Notes under the pieces: generated by a model
What the model was told of the DNA's origin: nothing
What the model saw: only the letters and a program-made list of their open reading frames with translations
The model's database searches: none
In this document: in pieces, positions 29,089 to 37,070 of the stretch
Layout of the letters: the number at the start of each line of letters is the position of its first letter
Position numbering within the stretch: the stretch's first letter is position 1
Translations under genes and position numbers: made by a program
NCBI GenBank assembly: GCA_017622055.1
Contig: JAGARY010000371.1
Coordinates: 1-39,067 of the forward strand
Source of the DNA: Treponema sp.
GTDB lineage: Bacteria; Spirochaetota; Spirochaetia; Treponematales; Treponemataceae
Reading direction: 5' to 3'
Length of the DNA stretch: 39,067 bases

Positions 29089-29652
29089 TTATGGAAATCT
29101 CAATCCAACAACAACATGTAATCCTAAGGCTCCAAATATATTTTCTTGTTTTCCATAACCTTCATAAATATTGGAATATCCAGAAGTAACAAAGCCAATA
29201 CCTGCTCCACCAAAAAACCATTTTCTATCTTTTCTACTTAAAACTAAATCTAAACTTCCAAAATAATAGAAATTACAATAACCTCCCAACATTGTAAAAA
29301 CACCAGGATTATTATTAAAAACTAATTCCATTGTCAATTTATCGAATTTTGCAACGGAAAATTCAAACACAATAGGAACACCAAATGAAAAACTATTTTC
29401 CATCATACCAACACAAACACCAGTCATAAAGTGAAAAGGAATTTCTGTATTTTTTGTTCCAAACTCCCACATACAATTTGTTAGTGCACCAAAAGTAAAA
29501 CCTATTGTATTTTTTTCAGAATCTGAAATATCAAAACAGTTTTCATAATGAGTTAATTTTACTCCAAATAAAGCCTCATTTTGAATTACAATAGAACCAA
29601 AACAAAAATTACAAAGTAAAAATCCTACAATAAAAATAAATCTCTTTTTCAT
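29089..29652 (-). CDS. Exported small beta-barrel-like protein, copy 2
   Basis: Signal peptide; Gly/aromatic amphipathic strands; ends GLHVVVGLRFP; paralog of 30958-31545. Confidence 0.75.
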   Translation of the reverse strand: MKKRFIFIVGFLLCNFCFGSIVIQNEALFGVKLTHYENCFDISDSEKNTIGFTFGALTNCMWEFGTKNTEIPFHFMTGVCVGMMENSFSFGVPIVFEFSVAKFDKLTMELVFNNNPGVFTMLGGYCNFYYFGSLDLVLSRKDRKWFFGGAGIGFVTSGYSNIYEGYGKQENIFGALGLHVVVGLRFP

Positions 29653-29673
29653 AAGAACTCCCTAATCTGCACG

Positions 29674-30930
29674 CTATTTATTATTGCCTTCTAATTTTTC
29701 AAAATATTCTTCAGGTATAATTTTTTCACATTCAAAAAATTGATTTTCCAAAACATCATAATAAAAAATCTCTGCCTTTTGTGTATTCCAATCAGTTTTA
29801 TTAATAAAATAAATTCTATTATCTCTTACTTCTATTTTTCTATAAAACAAAGAATTTCTTTTAACTAATGATTCATTTTCTAATGTTTCCAAATTTATCT
29901 TTTGAATTTCAAAATAACCGTATAATGTGTGCAAAGCTATGTAATAATCATTTTGTACTTTCACAAAATCTACCAAACAATCATCGAAATTCTCCAATAC
30001 AAATTCTCTTTGTGTTTTGTCTTTTTTATCTATAACAACTAAACTATCTGAATACTTCCAAGAATCATCAATCCTTTTTCTTCTACTTTTATTACAAACT
30101 ATAAAATCTGAATCTATATATTCAAAATCATAAAAATCTTCATTAATCCAACCTTTGTAATCATCGTATGTGTTGGAATCTCCAATACAATCAAAAACAA
30201 GATAATCCTTTATTTCTGTATCTGTAGCAAAATCATAAGAACAAATTCTTTCAAACTTTTTTCTGTTTTCTTCATTTTCAAAACGCTCTAGATACCAACA
30301 AACACCGTTAGAATCAACAAAAACATCTACACTATAGGCATCTTTCACACTTAATTTTTTTGTTTTAGTTATAGATTTTGAATTCACATCAAAGTACAGT
30401 AATAAATTTTTTTTGAATCCTTCACAAAAAATGATTTTGTAGTCTTTTCCCTGTTGATAGTTTATATTACCAAAATTATCATATACTTCATCTTTAAATA
30501 TTTCCTTTGAATTTAAAACTGTTTCTTCAACGGTATTTTTATTGTTTTGCATACTAAAAATACTTTTGTTTTCTTTACCAAAATAACCAAATCCTAAACC
30601 TCCAATATATTCTAAATTACCATTTTCATTCTTAAACTGAATCAACAAATCTCCAGAAGTATCATCTTTTGGTGAATAAACATAATCAAATACTGTATCT
30701 GTTTCCCAATCGTAAATAAAATAATAACTACCCAAAGTTTTAGTAATAGCTCTAGAATTAAAATTCAAATTTGCATCAAATCTAAAAATAAAAGGATTAT
30801 TTAACGAATCAAAAGATTTATATTCCACTTTACTTAATCTTTCTGAATAATCTTTTTCTGGAACGTAATATCCACAAGAAACAAAACAACTCAACACTAA
30901 AACACAAATTAAATAACAAAATTTTTTCAT
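29674..30930 (-). CDS. Lipoprotein, beta-rich (propeller-like), copy 2
   Basis: FVSC lipobox; paralog of 31564-32793. Confidence 0.75.
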   Translation of the reverse strand: MKKFCYLICVLVLSCFVSCGYYVPEKDYSERLSKVEYKSFDSLNNPFIFRFDANLNFNSRAITKTLGSYYFIYDWETDTVFDYVYSPKDDTSGDLLIQFKNENGNLEYIGGLGFGYFGKENKSIFSMQNNKNTVEETVLNSKEIFKDEVYDNFGNINYQQGKDYKIIFCEGFKKNLLLYFDVNSKSITKTKKLSVKDAYSVDVFVDSNGVCWYLERFENEENRKKFERICSYDFATDTEIKDYLVFDCIGDSNTYDDYKGWINEDFYDFEYIDSDFIVCNKSRRKRIDDSWKYSDSLVVIDKKDKTQREFVLENFDDCLVDFVKVQNDYYIALHTLYGYFEIQKINLETLENESLVKRNSLFYRKIEVRDNRIYFINKTDWNTQKAEIFYYDVLENQFFECEKIIPEEYFEKLEGNNK

Positions 30931-30957
30931 ATCATCTCCAATATCTTTTTTTAACTC

Positions 30958-31545
30958 TTACCAAGTAGGAAATCTAACACCAACAAAAACATGAAGTCCT
31001 ATAAAAGCTCCAATATATATATTATTTCCGTATCCTTCATATTGTGCAGCACTAAAAGTTCCCTCCGAACTAATTCCCACTCCACCATAAAACCACTTTC
31101 TATCTTTTCTACCAAAAGTCACATCAATACTCGGACTATAGAAAAAATATTCCCCTCCTTTTATTCCAAAACCTATTCCCAAGTTTGGATTCACTTGTAA
31201 TTCAATCATTGTTTTTTCAAATTTTACCAATGTAAATTCAAAAACCATTGGAAAAGTCATTGAAAAAAATCCATGACGCGAAAATCCTAACTCAATTCCT
31301 GTCATAAAATGAAATGGTGTTTCCGTATTTTTTGAATTAAATTCCCACATTAAACTCCCATTCAACGAAGCCAATTCCATTATAAAATCACAAGAAAATT
31401 CTTTTGGATTATCAACTCTAAAACAATCTTCATCGTATCTAATATCATAACCTAAAGGAATTATTCCATTTTGAACTACAATTCCTGCAAAACAAAAATT
31501 ACTCAATAAGCATAAACTCAAAACTATTAATATTTTCTTTTTCAT
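30958..31545 (-). CDS. Exported small beta-barrel-like protein, copy 1
   Basis: Signal peptide NFCFA; MWEF..KNTE.PFHFMTG and RKDRKWF; ends GLHVFVGVRFPTW. Confidence 0.75.
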   Translation of the reverse strand: MKKKILIVLSLCLLSNFCFAGIVVQNGIIPLGYDIRYDEDCFRVDNPKEFSCDFIMELASLNGSLMWEFNSKNTETPFHFMTGIELGFSRHGFFSMTFPMVFEFTLVKFEKTMIELQVNPNLGIGFGIKGGEYFFYSPSIDVTFGRKDRKWFYGGVGISSEGTFSAAQYEGYGNNIYIGAFIGLHVFVGVRFPTW

Positions 31546-31563
31546 CTCAACTCCTGTGTTGTT

Positions 31564-32793
31564 TTATTCCACACTTTTCAAAACATCATCCAAAACAAAA
31601 CCTTCCATTTCCTTAAACTCATTATTCAAAACGTCATAATAAGCAATTCTTGTGTCTTCTTCATTAACATTTATAAAAAATACTTTTTCTTCTCTAAAAT
31701 GCATTCTATACAAATTTTCATTATTTTCATGCAAAAATTCCACACCATTCTTTTCTTGATTTAGCTTATAAATTTCCCGATTAGAATAATCATCTGTTTC
31801 CGAAAATAAATAATATTCATTTTTATATTCATATACTTTTTCAATTGATTTGTTTTCAAAATATATTTCATCGTACAAATAATCTTCATTATTTTTTTTA
31901 TTCATAATCAAATAGGAATATTTATTTAAGGTTTTATTATCTTTTCCATATTCTTTTTTTTCTATTATCAAAAACTGTTCATCTGAATAAGTTATTGAAT
32001 AAGAAAAATTATTTTCCCACGTTCCTCCAAATTCATCTTTTATGTATTTTCCTGTATTTTGTTCAAACTCAAAACAATTTTTCTTTAATTCATCAGTTTT
32101 ATAGTTATAATATCCAAAATAAGCATATTCTTTATTTTCTTCCTTAGTTTGTATTTCCACAAACCAAATAGTACCTGTAGCATCAATCCAGCAATCTGAA
32201 AAATAACCATCTTTTTTTATTATTTTTTCTTTAAAAACATCTTTTGTATTTACATCTATATAAGTAAATTTTATTTTATCTTCATCTTTAAAAATCAAAG
32301 CTAAAACATTACTCTCATCATCGCTAGAATTAATTACATCTCCACCATAATCAGAAAAATCTTCACGATTTAATCTTTCTATTTTATTCCCAGAAGAATT
32401 CATAAAATAGTATTTATCTTCAGAAGTTGTATAATCAGAAAACCAATTTATATACACATAATTACCATCATTAGTTTTTCTTTGTAGCAAGAAATAATTT
32501 AAATAGGAATTATCACTTGGTACATAAACAAAATCAAAAACAGATTCCGTTTCCCAATCATAAATTACATAATATGCCCCCCTTCTTCTTTCATAAACTC
32601 TTCCATTATCTTTTTCTGCTAAAAAATCTAAATAAGTATTCAATCTTAGAACAAAAGGTTTATTTAAATGATTAAAAGATTTATATTCTTGTTTTTCCAA
32701 AATTTTTGAATAATCTTTTTCTGGAACATAAACATGACAAGAAAAAAAACTCACTGAAAAAATCAAACAAAAACCAAAAAATAATTTTTTCAT
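31564..32793 (-). CDS. Lipoprotein, beta-rich (propeller-like), copy 1
   Basis: FFSC lipobox; YVPEKDYS, IYDWET and YYDVL shared with copy 2; GGAGG RBS. Confidence 0.75.
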   Translation of the reverse strand: MKKLFFGFCLIFSVSFFSCHVYVPEKDYSKILEKQEYKSFNHLNKPFVLRLNTYLDFLAEKDNGRVYERRRGAYYVIYDWETESVFDFVYVPSDNSYLNYFLLQRKTNDGNYVYINWFSDYTTSEDKYYFMNSSGNKIERLNREDFSDYGGDVINSSDDESNVLALIFKDEDKIKFTYIDVNTKDVFKEKIIKKDGYFSDCWIDATGTIWFVEIQTKEENKEYAYFGYYNYKTDELKKNCFEFEQNTGKYIKDEFGGTWENNFSYSITYSDEQFLIIEKKEYGKDNKTLNKYSYLIMNKKNNEDYLYDEIYFENKSIEKVYEYKNEYYLFSETDDYSNREIYKLNQEKNGVEFLHENNENLYRMHFREEKVFFINVNEEDTRIAYYDVLNNEFKEMEGFVLDDVLKSVE

Positions 32794-32850
32794 ATTTTAC
32801 CTCCATAACAAAGTATCTTTTTGAAATCACAAAAAATCAACCCCAAAAAC

Positions 32851-32912
32851 CTCTGTTAAATACGAAATAACCGCGGTTATTTTAAATTAACCACGGTTAT
32901 TTTTTTACAGAG
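32851..32912. promoter_or_regulatory. Tandem palindromes / long hairpin (terminator or operator pair)
   Basis: AAATAACCGCGGTTATTT (perfect 18-mer) and TAACCACGGTTA 20 bp later, framed by CTCTGT...ACAGAG. Confidence 0.5.
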
Positions 32913-32943
32913 TAATTAAATGAAAAAATTAATCAATTTTTTT

Positions 32944-33714
32944 CTATTCTTTAACTAATTGAAGCAAAATTGTTCCATCGCTTCCAAGCAAATTCATAGT
33001 GTTTCCATCTTGCGAATAGTTTGTAACATCCATCAAATCGCTTAAAAAGTCAGTTTCAATTTCAGAAGATTTTTCGTCTCCTGCTTTCAAAGTCATCACA
33101 CCTTCATCAATAGTAATTTCGTTTTTAGACTTATCAACATCATAAGATAAATTTACAATATTAATTCCAGTAGAACCAGACAAACTTCCATCGGCTGCAA
33201 AAATCAAATATGGTTTGTTTTCAACATTACTAATATCTTCCAAACTTGTTCCATTGTACAAAGCTTGAACAACCCATTTTTCACCATTTTGCAATTGATA
33301 CTTCAACACCGAATTTTCACTAGAATTCTGTAATGTTAAATATCTAACATCATTTTCGTCATTAACACTAAACGAATCTATTCCCGAAAGAGTAGCAAGA
33401 TATTCACTTTCAAAAGCCATAACTTCAGGAGTTCCGGCCATTTTTGTTGTTACAATTTCCGAAACAGTTTCAATCTTGTCATTAGACAAATCGATTGATG
33501 CATAAAAATTGTTTGCTCCAGTATTTCCACTAATTTTTATTTGATTTTCTGTTTCAAAATGAACAGTCAAAGTTGAATCAGTAATTTGTTGAGCAATTCC
33601 ATCTTTTTCATAAGAAACAAGTTTCCAAGTTCCTTCCACCATTTTCTCTTCTTCTGTACACCCAAAGAGAAAAACACAGGCCAATAGACCTAAATAAATT
33701 TTTAAATGTTTCAT
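32944..33714 (-). CDS. Lipoprotein with two META (HslJ-like) domains
   Basis: LFGC lipobox; GTWKLVS..ISGNTGANNF..TTKMAG..E and second repeat LSGSTGIN..MTLKAG..E; start ATG 33714. Confidence 0.85.
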   Translation of the reverse strand: MKHLKIYLGLLACVFLFGCTEEEKMVEGTWKLVSYEKDGIAQQITDSTLTVHFETENQIKISGNTGANNFYASIDLSNDKIETVSEIVTTKMAGTPEVMAFESEYLATLSGIDSFSVNDENDVRYLTLQNSSENSVLKYQLQNGEKWVVQALYNGTSLEDISNVENKPYLIFAADGSLSGSTGINIVNLSYDVDKSKNEITIDEGVMTLKAGDEKSSEIETDFLSDLMDVTNYSQDGNTMNLLGSDGTILLQLVKE

Positions 33715-33940
33715 AGCGTTACCACCTTTAGAAAAAAGATACAATTGCATTCAAAAAAAGGAAAGAAAATTTTATTTATTTGGGCGGATTTTATGGTCTA
33801 TGTTCCTTTTACAACAAAAACAGACTTTCCACATTTTTCTTTTTTTTCTACAAGAATTTTCTTATTGACAACAGCATAAAACTATCCGATAATAATGACA
33901 TAAATAAAAAAAATGTCAAAATAAATTTTGGGGGTTTTCT

Positions 33941-35011
33941 ATGAAAAAAACATTACTTATCTTATCTGCATGTTTATGCTTCTTTACTTCTTGCCAAAAA
34001 AAACAAGAATTAAAACCAGTTAACATCAAACCAATCACAATCGAACAAGACGGTTGTACTATTGTTTCTGACCCACGTCTAGAATTATTGTTAATTGCTT
34101 CAAATTTGGCAGGATTCTATCCTATAGGAAATACAAATTCAGATTATGTATCCACAATCCATACATTTTTTAAAAACCATAAAGAGCATGCATTAATTAA
34201 ACAAATCAAAAAAATCACAAAAAAATACACATATTACATTGACTATTTAATGATTTTTAACTGCATTTCAGAAGATTTTACTACAATTTCAGAAGAAACT
34301 CTTCATAATTCAGCAAAAAATTATTGGAAAAAACACAAAGATCAATTCCTTAAAAATTTTAATAGCTTTGCACATGAAACAAATTTTGCAAAATTCTACT
34401 TAGCTTATGAACATGCCTTAAAAGCTCCCTTGTTCCATGCTGAAGATTATTTCAATACAAATCCAACAATTATCCCAAATATAAATTCTATTTTAACCAA
34501 AAATAACAATCAAAAACAAATTATCTATTCCTCTAATTTAGCTTTCAGTAATTTCCCAACAACAATACCTAACACCTTGATTTTGGAAAATAAACCAAAC
34601 AAGGAAAATCCTTTTACAAAATTTTTCCTTTTCTCAAATTTATTATACAATTCAATTTTCAAATCTATTGAAGAAAATTGGGAACAATTAAAAGAACCTA
34701 TTACTACTTTTTTTAAAACTCTTTACGAACAAAATAAAATTACATTAAAAATTGAAGACACAAACACTATTTTGTCGTGTTCTGATATTATGTCATTTTA
34801 TCTAACCTATCATTTTACAGCAAAAGATTTTCCTGAAGAAATTAATACAGAAATCTATGAATTTCTTAAAAAACAATACTTATATGATTTTTACACAATT
34901 TTTAAACCAATTTTCCAAGAATATGAACAAAATCCAGAAAAATACGCAAATTTTGAAGAATTTTTTAACAATTACCTTGTAAACGAAATTATAAACATTA
35001 GTTTGAATTAA
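33941..35011 (+). CDS. Lipoprotein, DUF4932-like N-terminal region
   Basis: FTSC lipobox; DPRLELL, F..HKEH and FAHETNFAKFY pattern. Confidence 0.65.
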   Translation: MKKTLLILSACLCFFTSCQKKQELKPVNIKPITIEQDGCTIVSDPRLELLLIASNLAGFYPIGNTNSDYVSTIHTFFKNHKEHALIKQIKKITKKYTYYIDYLMIFNCISEDFTTISEETLHNSAKNYWKKHKDQFLKNFNSFAHETNFAKFYLAYEHALKAPLFHAEDYFNTNPTIIPNINSILTKNNNQKQIIYSSNLAFSNFPTTIPNTLILENKPNKENPFTKFFLFSNLLYNSIFKSIEENWEQLKEPITTFFKTLYEQNKITLKIEDTNTILSCSDIMSFYLTYHFTAKDFPEEINTEIYEFLKKQYLYDFYTIFKPIFQEYEQNPEKYANFEEFFNNYLVNEIINISLN

Positions 35012-35048
35012 TTGTCTTAGCAACCCGTAGGCGAAGCATTCTTTTTTC

Positions 35049-35077
35049 TAGATTGCTTCGCTTCGCTCGCAATGACA
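35049..35077 (-). repeat. GTCATTGCGAG repeat, half copy (decayed partner arm from about 35013)
   Basis: TAGATTGCTTCGCTTCGCTCGCAATGACA. Confidence 0.85.
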
Positions 35078-35090
35078 TTATTTTTTATTT

Positions 35091-35114
35091 TTATCGGACT
35101 CGACCCGATAATCT
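35091..35114 (+). repeat. Short palindromic repeat of a related class
   Basis: TTATCGG-actcgac-CCGATAA-TCT. Confidence 0.5.
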
Positions 35115-35141
35115 CACAAAACAACCTACGGAGAAACTTTT

Positions 35142-36776
35142 ATGAAAAAACGTCATCTATTTTGGATAATTCCTTCTTCATTAATTGCTTTTATTTTTTT
35201 ACTCTATGTTATTTTAAAATTGATTTCTGTCTTTCATCCTCTTTCTGAACCTTTTGTAAATAGAACAAAACACAAAACAACCCTAACAGAAAAAGAACTT
35301 AACAGAGATTTAGATTATATAAAACATTACATGTCAACTTGTTATGCAGGATATGATGATATGGTAGAAAAAGGATTTAATTTAGACTCTGCCATAGAAA
35401 ATATCTATAATAATACAAAAAAAGAAATGCACAATGGTGTTGTAGCATCTTCTGTATTAATTACAAACACAATAAATGAACTAATAGAAAAAAATCCTTT
35501 AATCGATAGTCATTTTTCCATTAATGGCTCAGGAAGATATCCTTATAAATTGTATTTTTCAGATTTATATTTTGAAGAAAAACAAACTACAACAGAAACA
35601 AAATATTTTTTAACAAAAATCCAACGAGAAGAAATAGATAAAGAAGAAAGCTTTTTAAAAAAGAAAATTCCTCTTACAGAACTTCCACTCAATTTAGAAT
35701 ATACCGGTTCTACACAAAATCTTTACAAATGGTTTGATGGAAACAAAATAATTTACAGATACGGTGTTTTTACAAATAAAGAAATACATTTTGCATATAT
35801 TAATTTAAATAATAACAAAGAAAAAATTCCTGTTTATTATTTTGATTGCCTTGAAGCTAGAACTAAAAATCAAAATTATAAAGAAACAAATAAAACTTTA
35901 TATTTGTCCTTGCAAAATTTTACTTTTGATAATGGAAGTGACGTTCATTATTTTTATGGACATAAAGAATTTCAAAATTTATTAGATATTGCAAAAGAAA
36001 AATCAAAAAATAAAGAAAATATCATATTAGATTTACGTTCAAATGGCGGTGGTGAACCAATTAGACTTTCTCTATTATTTGCAAATATTCTTTATGATAA
36101 CTATGATTTTGACACTTTAAATCAAATATTCTTATATGATGATGAAAATTCTAACGACGTCGTTTCTTCTACAATTGCAAAAGCAAGACTTCATTCTATA
36201 TTTTACGATATAAAAGATTTTTTCAAAAAGCTTAAATTTAGAAATAAAAAAGAAAAATTTGAATATGAAGAATATTCTGATTCTATTTATAAAAAACAAA
36301 ATAGAATCAGAAATAAACAAATTTTACCTCAATTATTTTTCCCTTCCAGAAAAATGATTACTGTTGAACCACAAACAGAAGACAAACCTCTTCCACCAAC
36401 AAATTTTTCTGGAACAATATACATTCTAACAGACCGTTATTCTGCTTCTTGTTCAGAATATACAATGGGAGTTGCCTATAAACTCGCAGAAAAATTAGAC
36501 TTTAATGTCGTGCATCTTGGAGAAAATTCAAATGGTGCAGTTTATTATGTAAATCCTAGATCATTTGTAACTCCATATTCTGGCTTATGGTTTTATATGC
36601 CTACAAAAAAGAAAGTCCCAAGAATCTTTGATCATCCAAGCTTCAAAGGAGAAGGCCTTGGTTGGCATCCTGAATACTGGGTTACAAAATACAACCTTGC
36701 AAACACACTCACAAATCTAATTGAAGACCCAGAACTTCCACAAATGCTTGTTGGCCTAGAAAAGAATCATTTGTAA
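35142..36776 (+). CDS. S41 family peptidase, membrane-anchored
   Basis: N-terminal TM helix; ILDLRSNGGG, ILTDRYSASCSE, GENSNG and GEGLGWHPE. Confidence 0.85.
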   Translation: MKKRHLFWIIPSSLIAFIFLLYVILKLISVFHPLSEPFVNRTKHKTTLTEKELNRDLDYIKHYMSTCYAGYDDMVEKGFNLDSAIENIYNNTKKEMHNGVVASSVLITNTINELIEKNPLIDSHFSINGSGRYPYKLYFSDLYFEEKQTTTETKYFLTKIQREEIDKEESFLKKKIPLTELPLNLEYTGSTQNLYKWFDGNKIIYRYGVFTNKEIHFAYINLNNNKEKIPVYYFDCLEARTKNQNYKETNKTLYLSLQNFTFDNGSDVHYFYGHKEFQNLLDIAKEKSKNKENIILDLRSNGGGEPIRLSLLFANILYDNYDFDTLNQIFLYDDENSNDVVSSTIAKARLHSIFYDIKDFFKKLKFRNKKEKFEYEEYSDSIYKKQNRIRNKQILPQLFFPSRKMITVEPQTEDKPLPPTNFSGTIYILTDRYSASCSEYTMGVAYKLAEKLDFNVVHLGENSNGAVYYVNPRSFVTPYSGLWFYMPTKKKVPRIFDHPSFKGEGLGWHPEYWVTKYNLANTLTNLIEDPELPQMLVGLEKNHL

Positions 36777-36785
36777 AAAATTCTA

Positions 36786-36814
36786 AGATTCCCGCATCAA
36801 GTGCGAGAATGACA
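36786..36814 (-). repeat. GTCAT-capped short palindromic repeat
   Basis: Minus strand TGTCATTCTCGCACTTGATGCGGGAATCT. Confidence 0.65.
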
Positions 36815-36833
36815 TTTTAAACTTTTTTCCCAT

Positions 36834-36866
36834 AAAAAAAGACCTTCCCGTCATCGGAAAGGTCTT
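36834..36866 (-). terminator. Intrinsic terminator downstream of ppdK (possibly bidirectional)
   Basis: AAGACCTTCCCG-tcat-CGGAAAGGTCTT preceded by an A7 run on +. Confidence 0.75.
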
Positions 36867-36901
36867 ATTTGTTTATCTGTTATTCTTGGGTTTTACATCT
36901 C

Positions 36902-36937
36902 TGTCATCCTCGTGCTTTACACGAGGACTAAGGATCT
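36902..36937 (+). repeat. GTCAT-capped short palindromic repeat
   Basis: TGTCATCCTCGTG-cttta-CACGAGGA...GGATCT. Confidence 0.55.
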
Positions 36938-36955
36938 GCCCCAAGAACCTTCTTT

Positions 36956-37070
36956 TATTTAGAAGCTTTAATAACAGCTTGAGCACGTCGCACGCAAAGC
37001 GTGCTTACCGAGTTTTGCTTTCGCAAAACTCGCACATACTATTTAGAAGCTTTAATAACAGCTTGAGCAC
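36956..37070. repeat. 31-bp direct repeat of the ppdK 3' end flanking a 53-bp double-hairpin insert
   Basis: TATTTAGAAGCTTTAATAACAGCTTGAGCAC at 36956-36986 and 37040-37070. Confidence 0.9.

Noticed and set aside
29089-32793. Diversity-generating retroelement behind the paralog divergence
   Set aside because: No reverse transcriptase, and no near-identical TR/VR pair differing only at adenines
33895-33918. TGACA...TGTCA near the DUF4932-like gene as a third copy of the island operator
   Set aside because: Opposite half-site orientation and different spacing; plausible by chance
54-35077. CRISPR array or integron attC interpretation of the repeats
   Set aside because: The copies are dispersed rather than regularly spaced; there are no cas or intI genes; island genes are not separated by attC-like RYYYAAC/GTTRRRY sites
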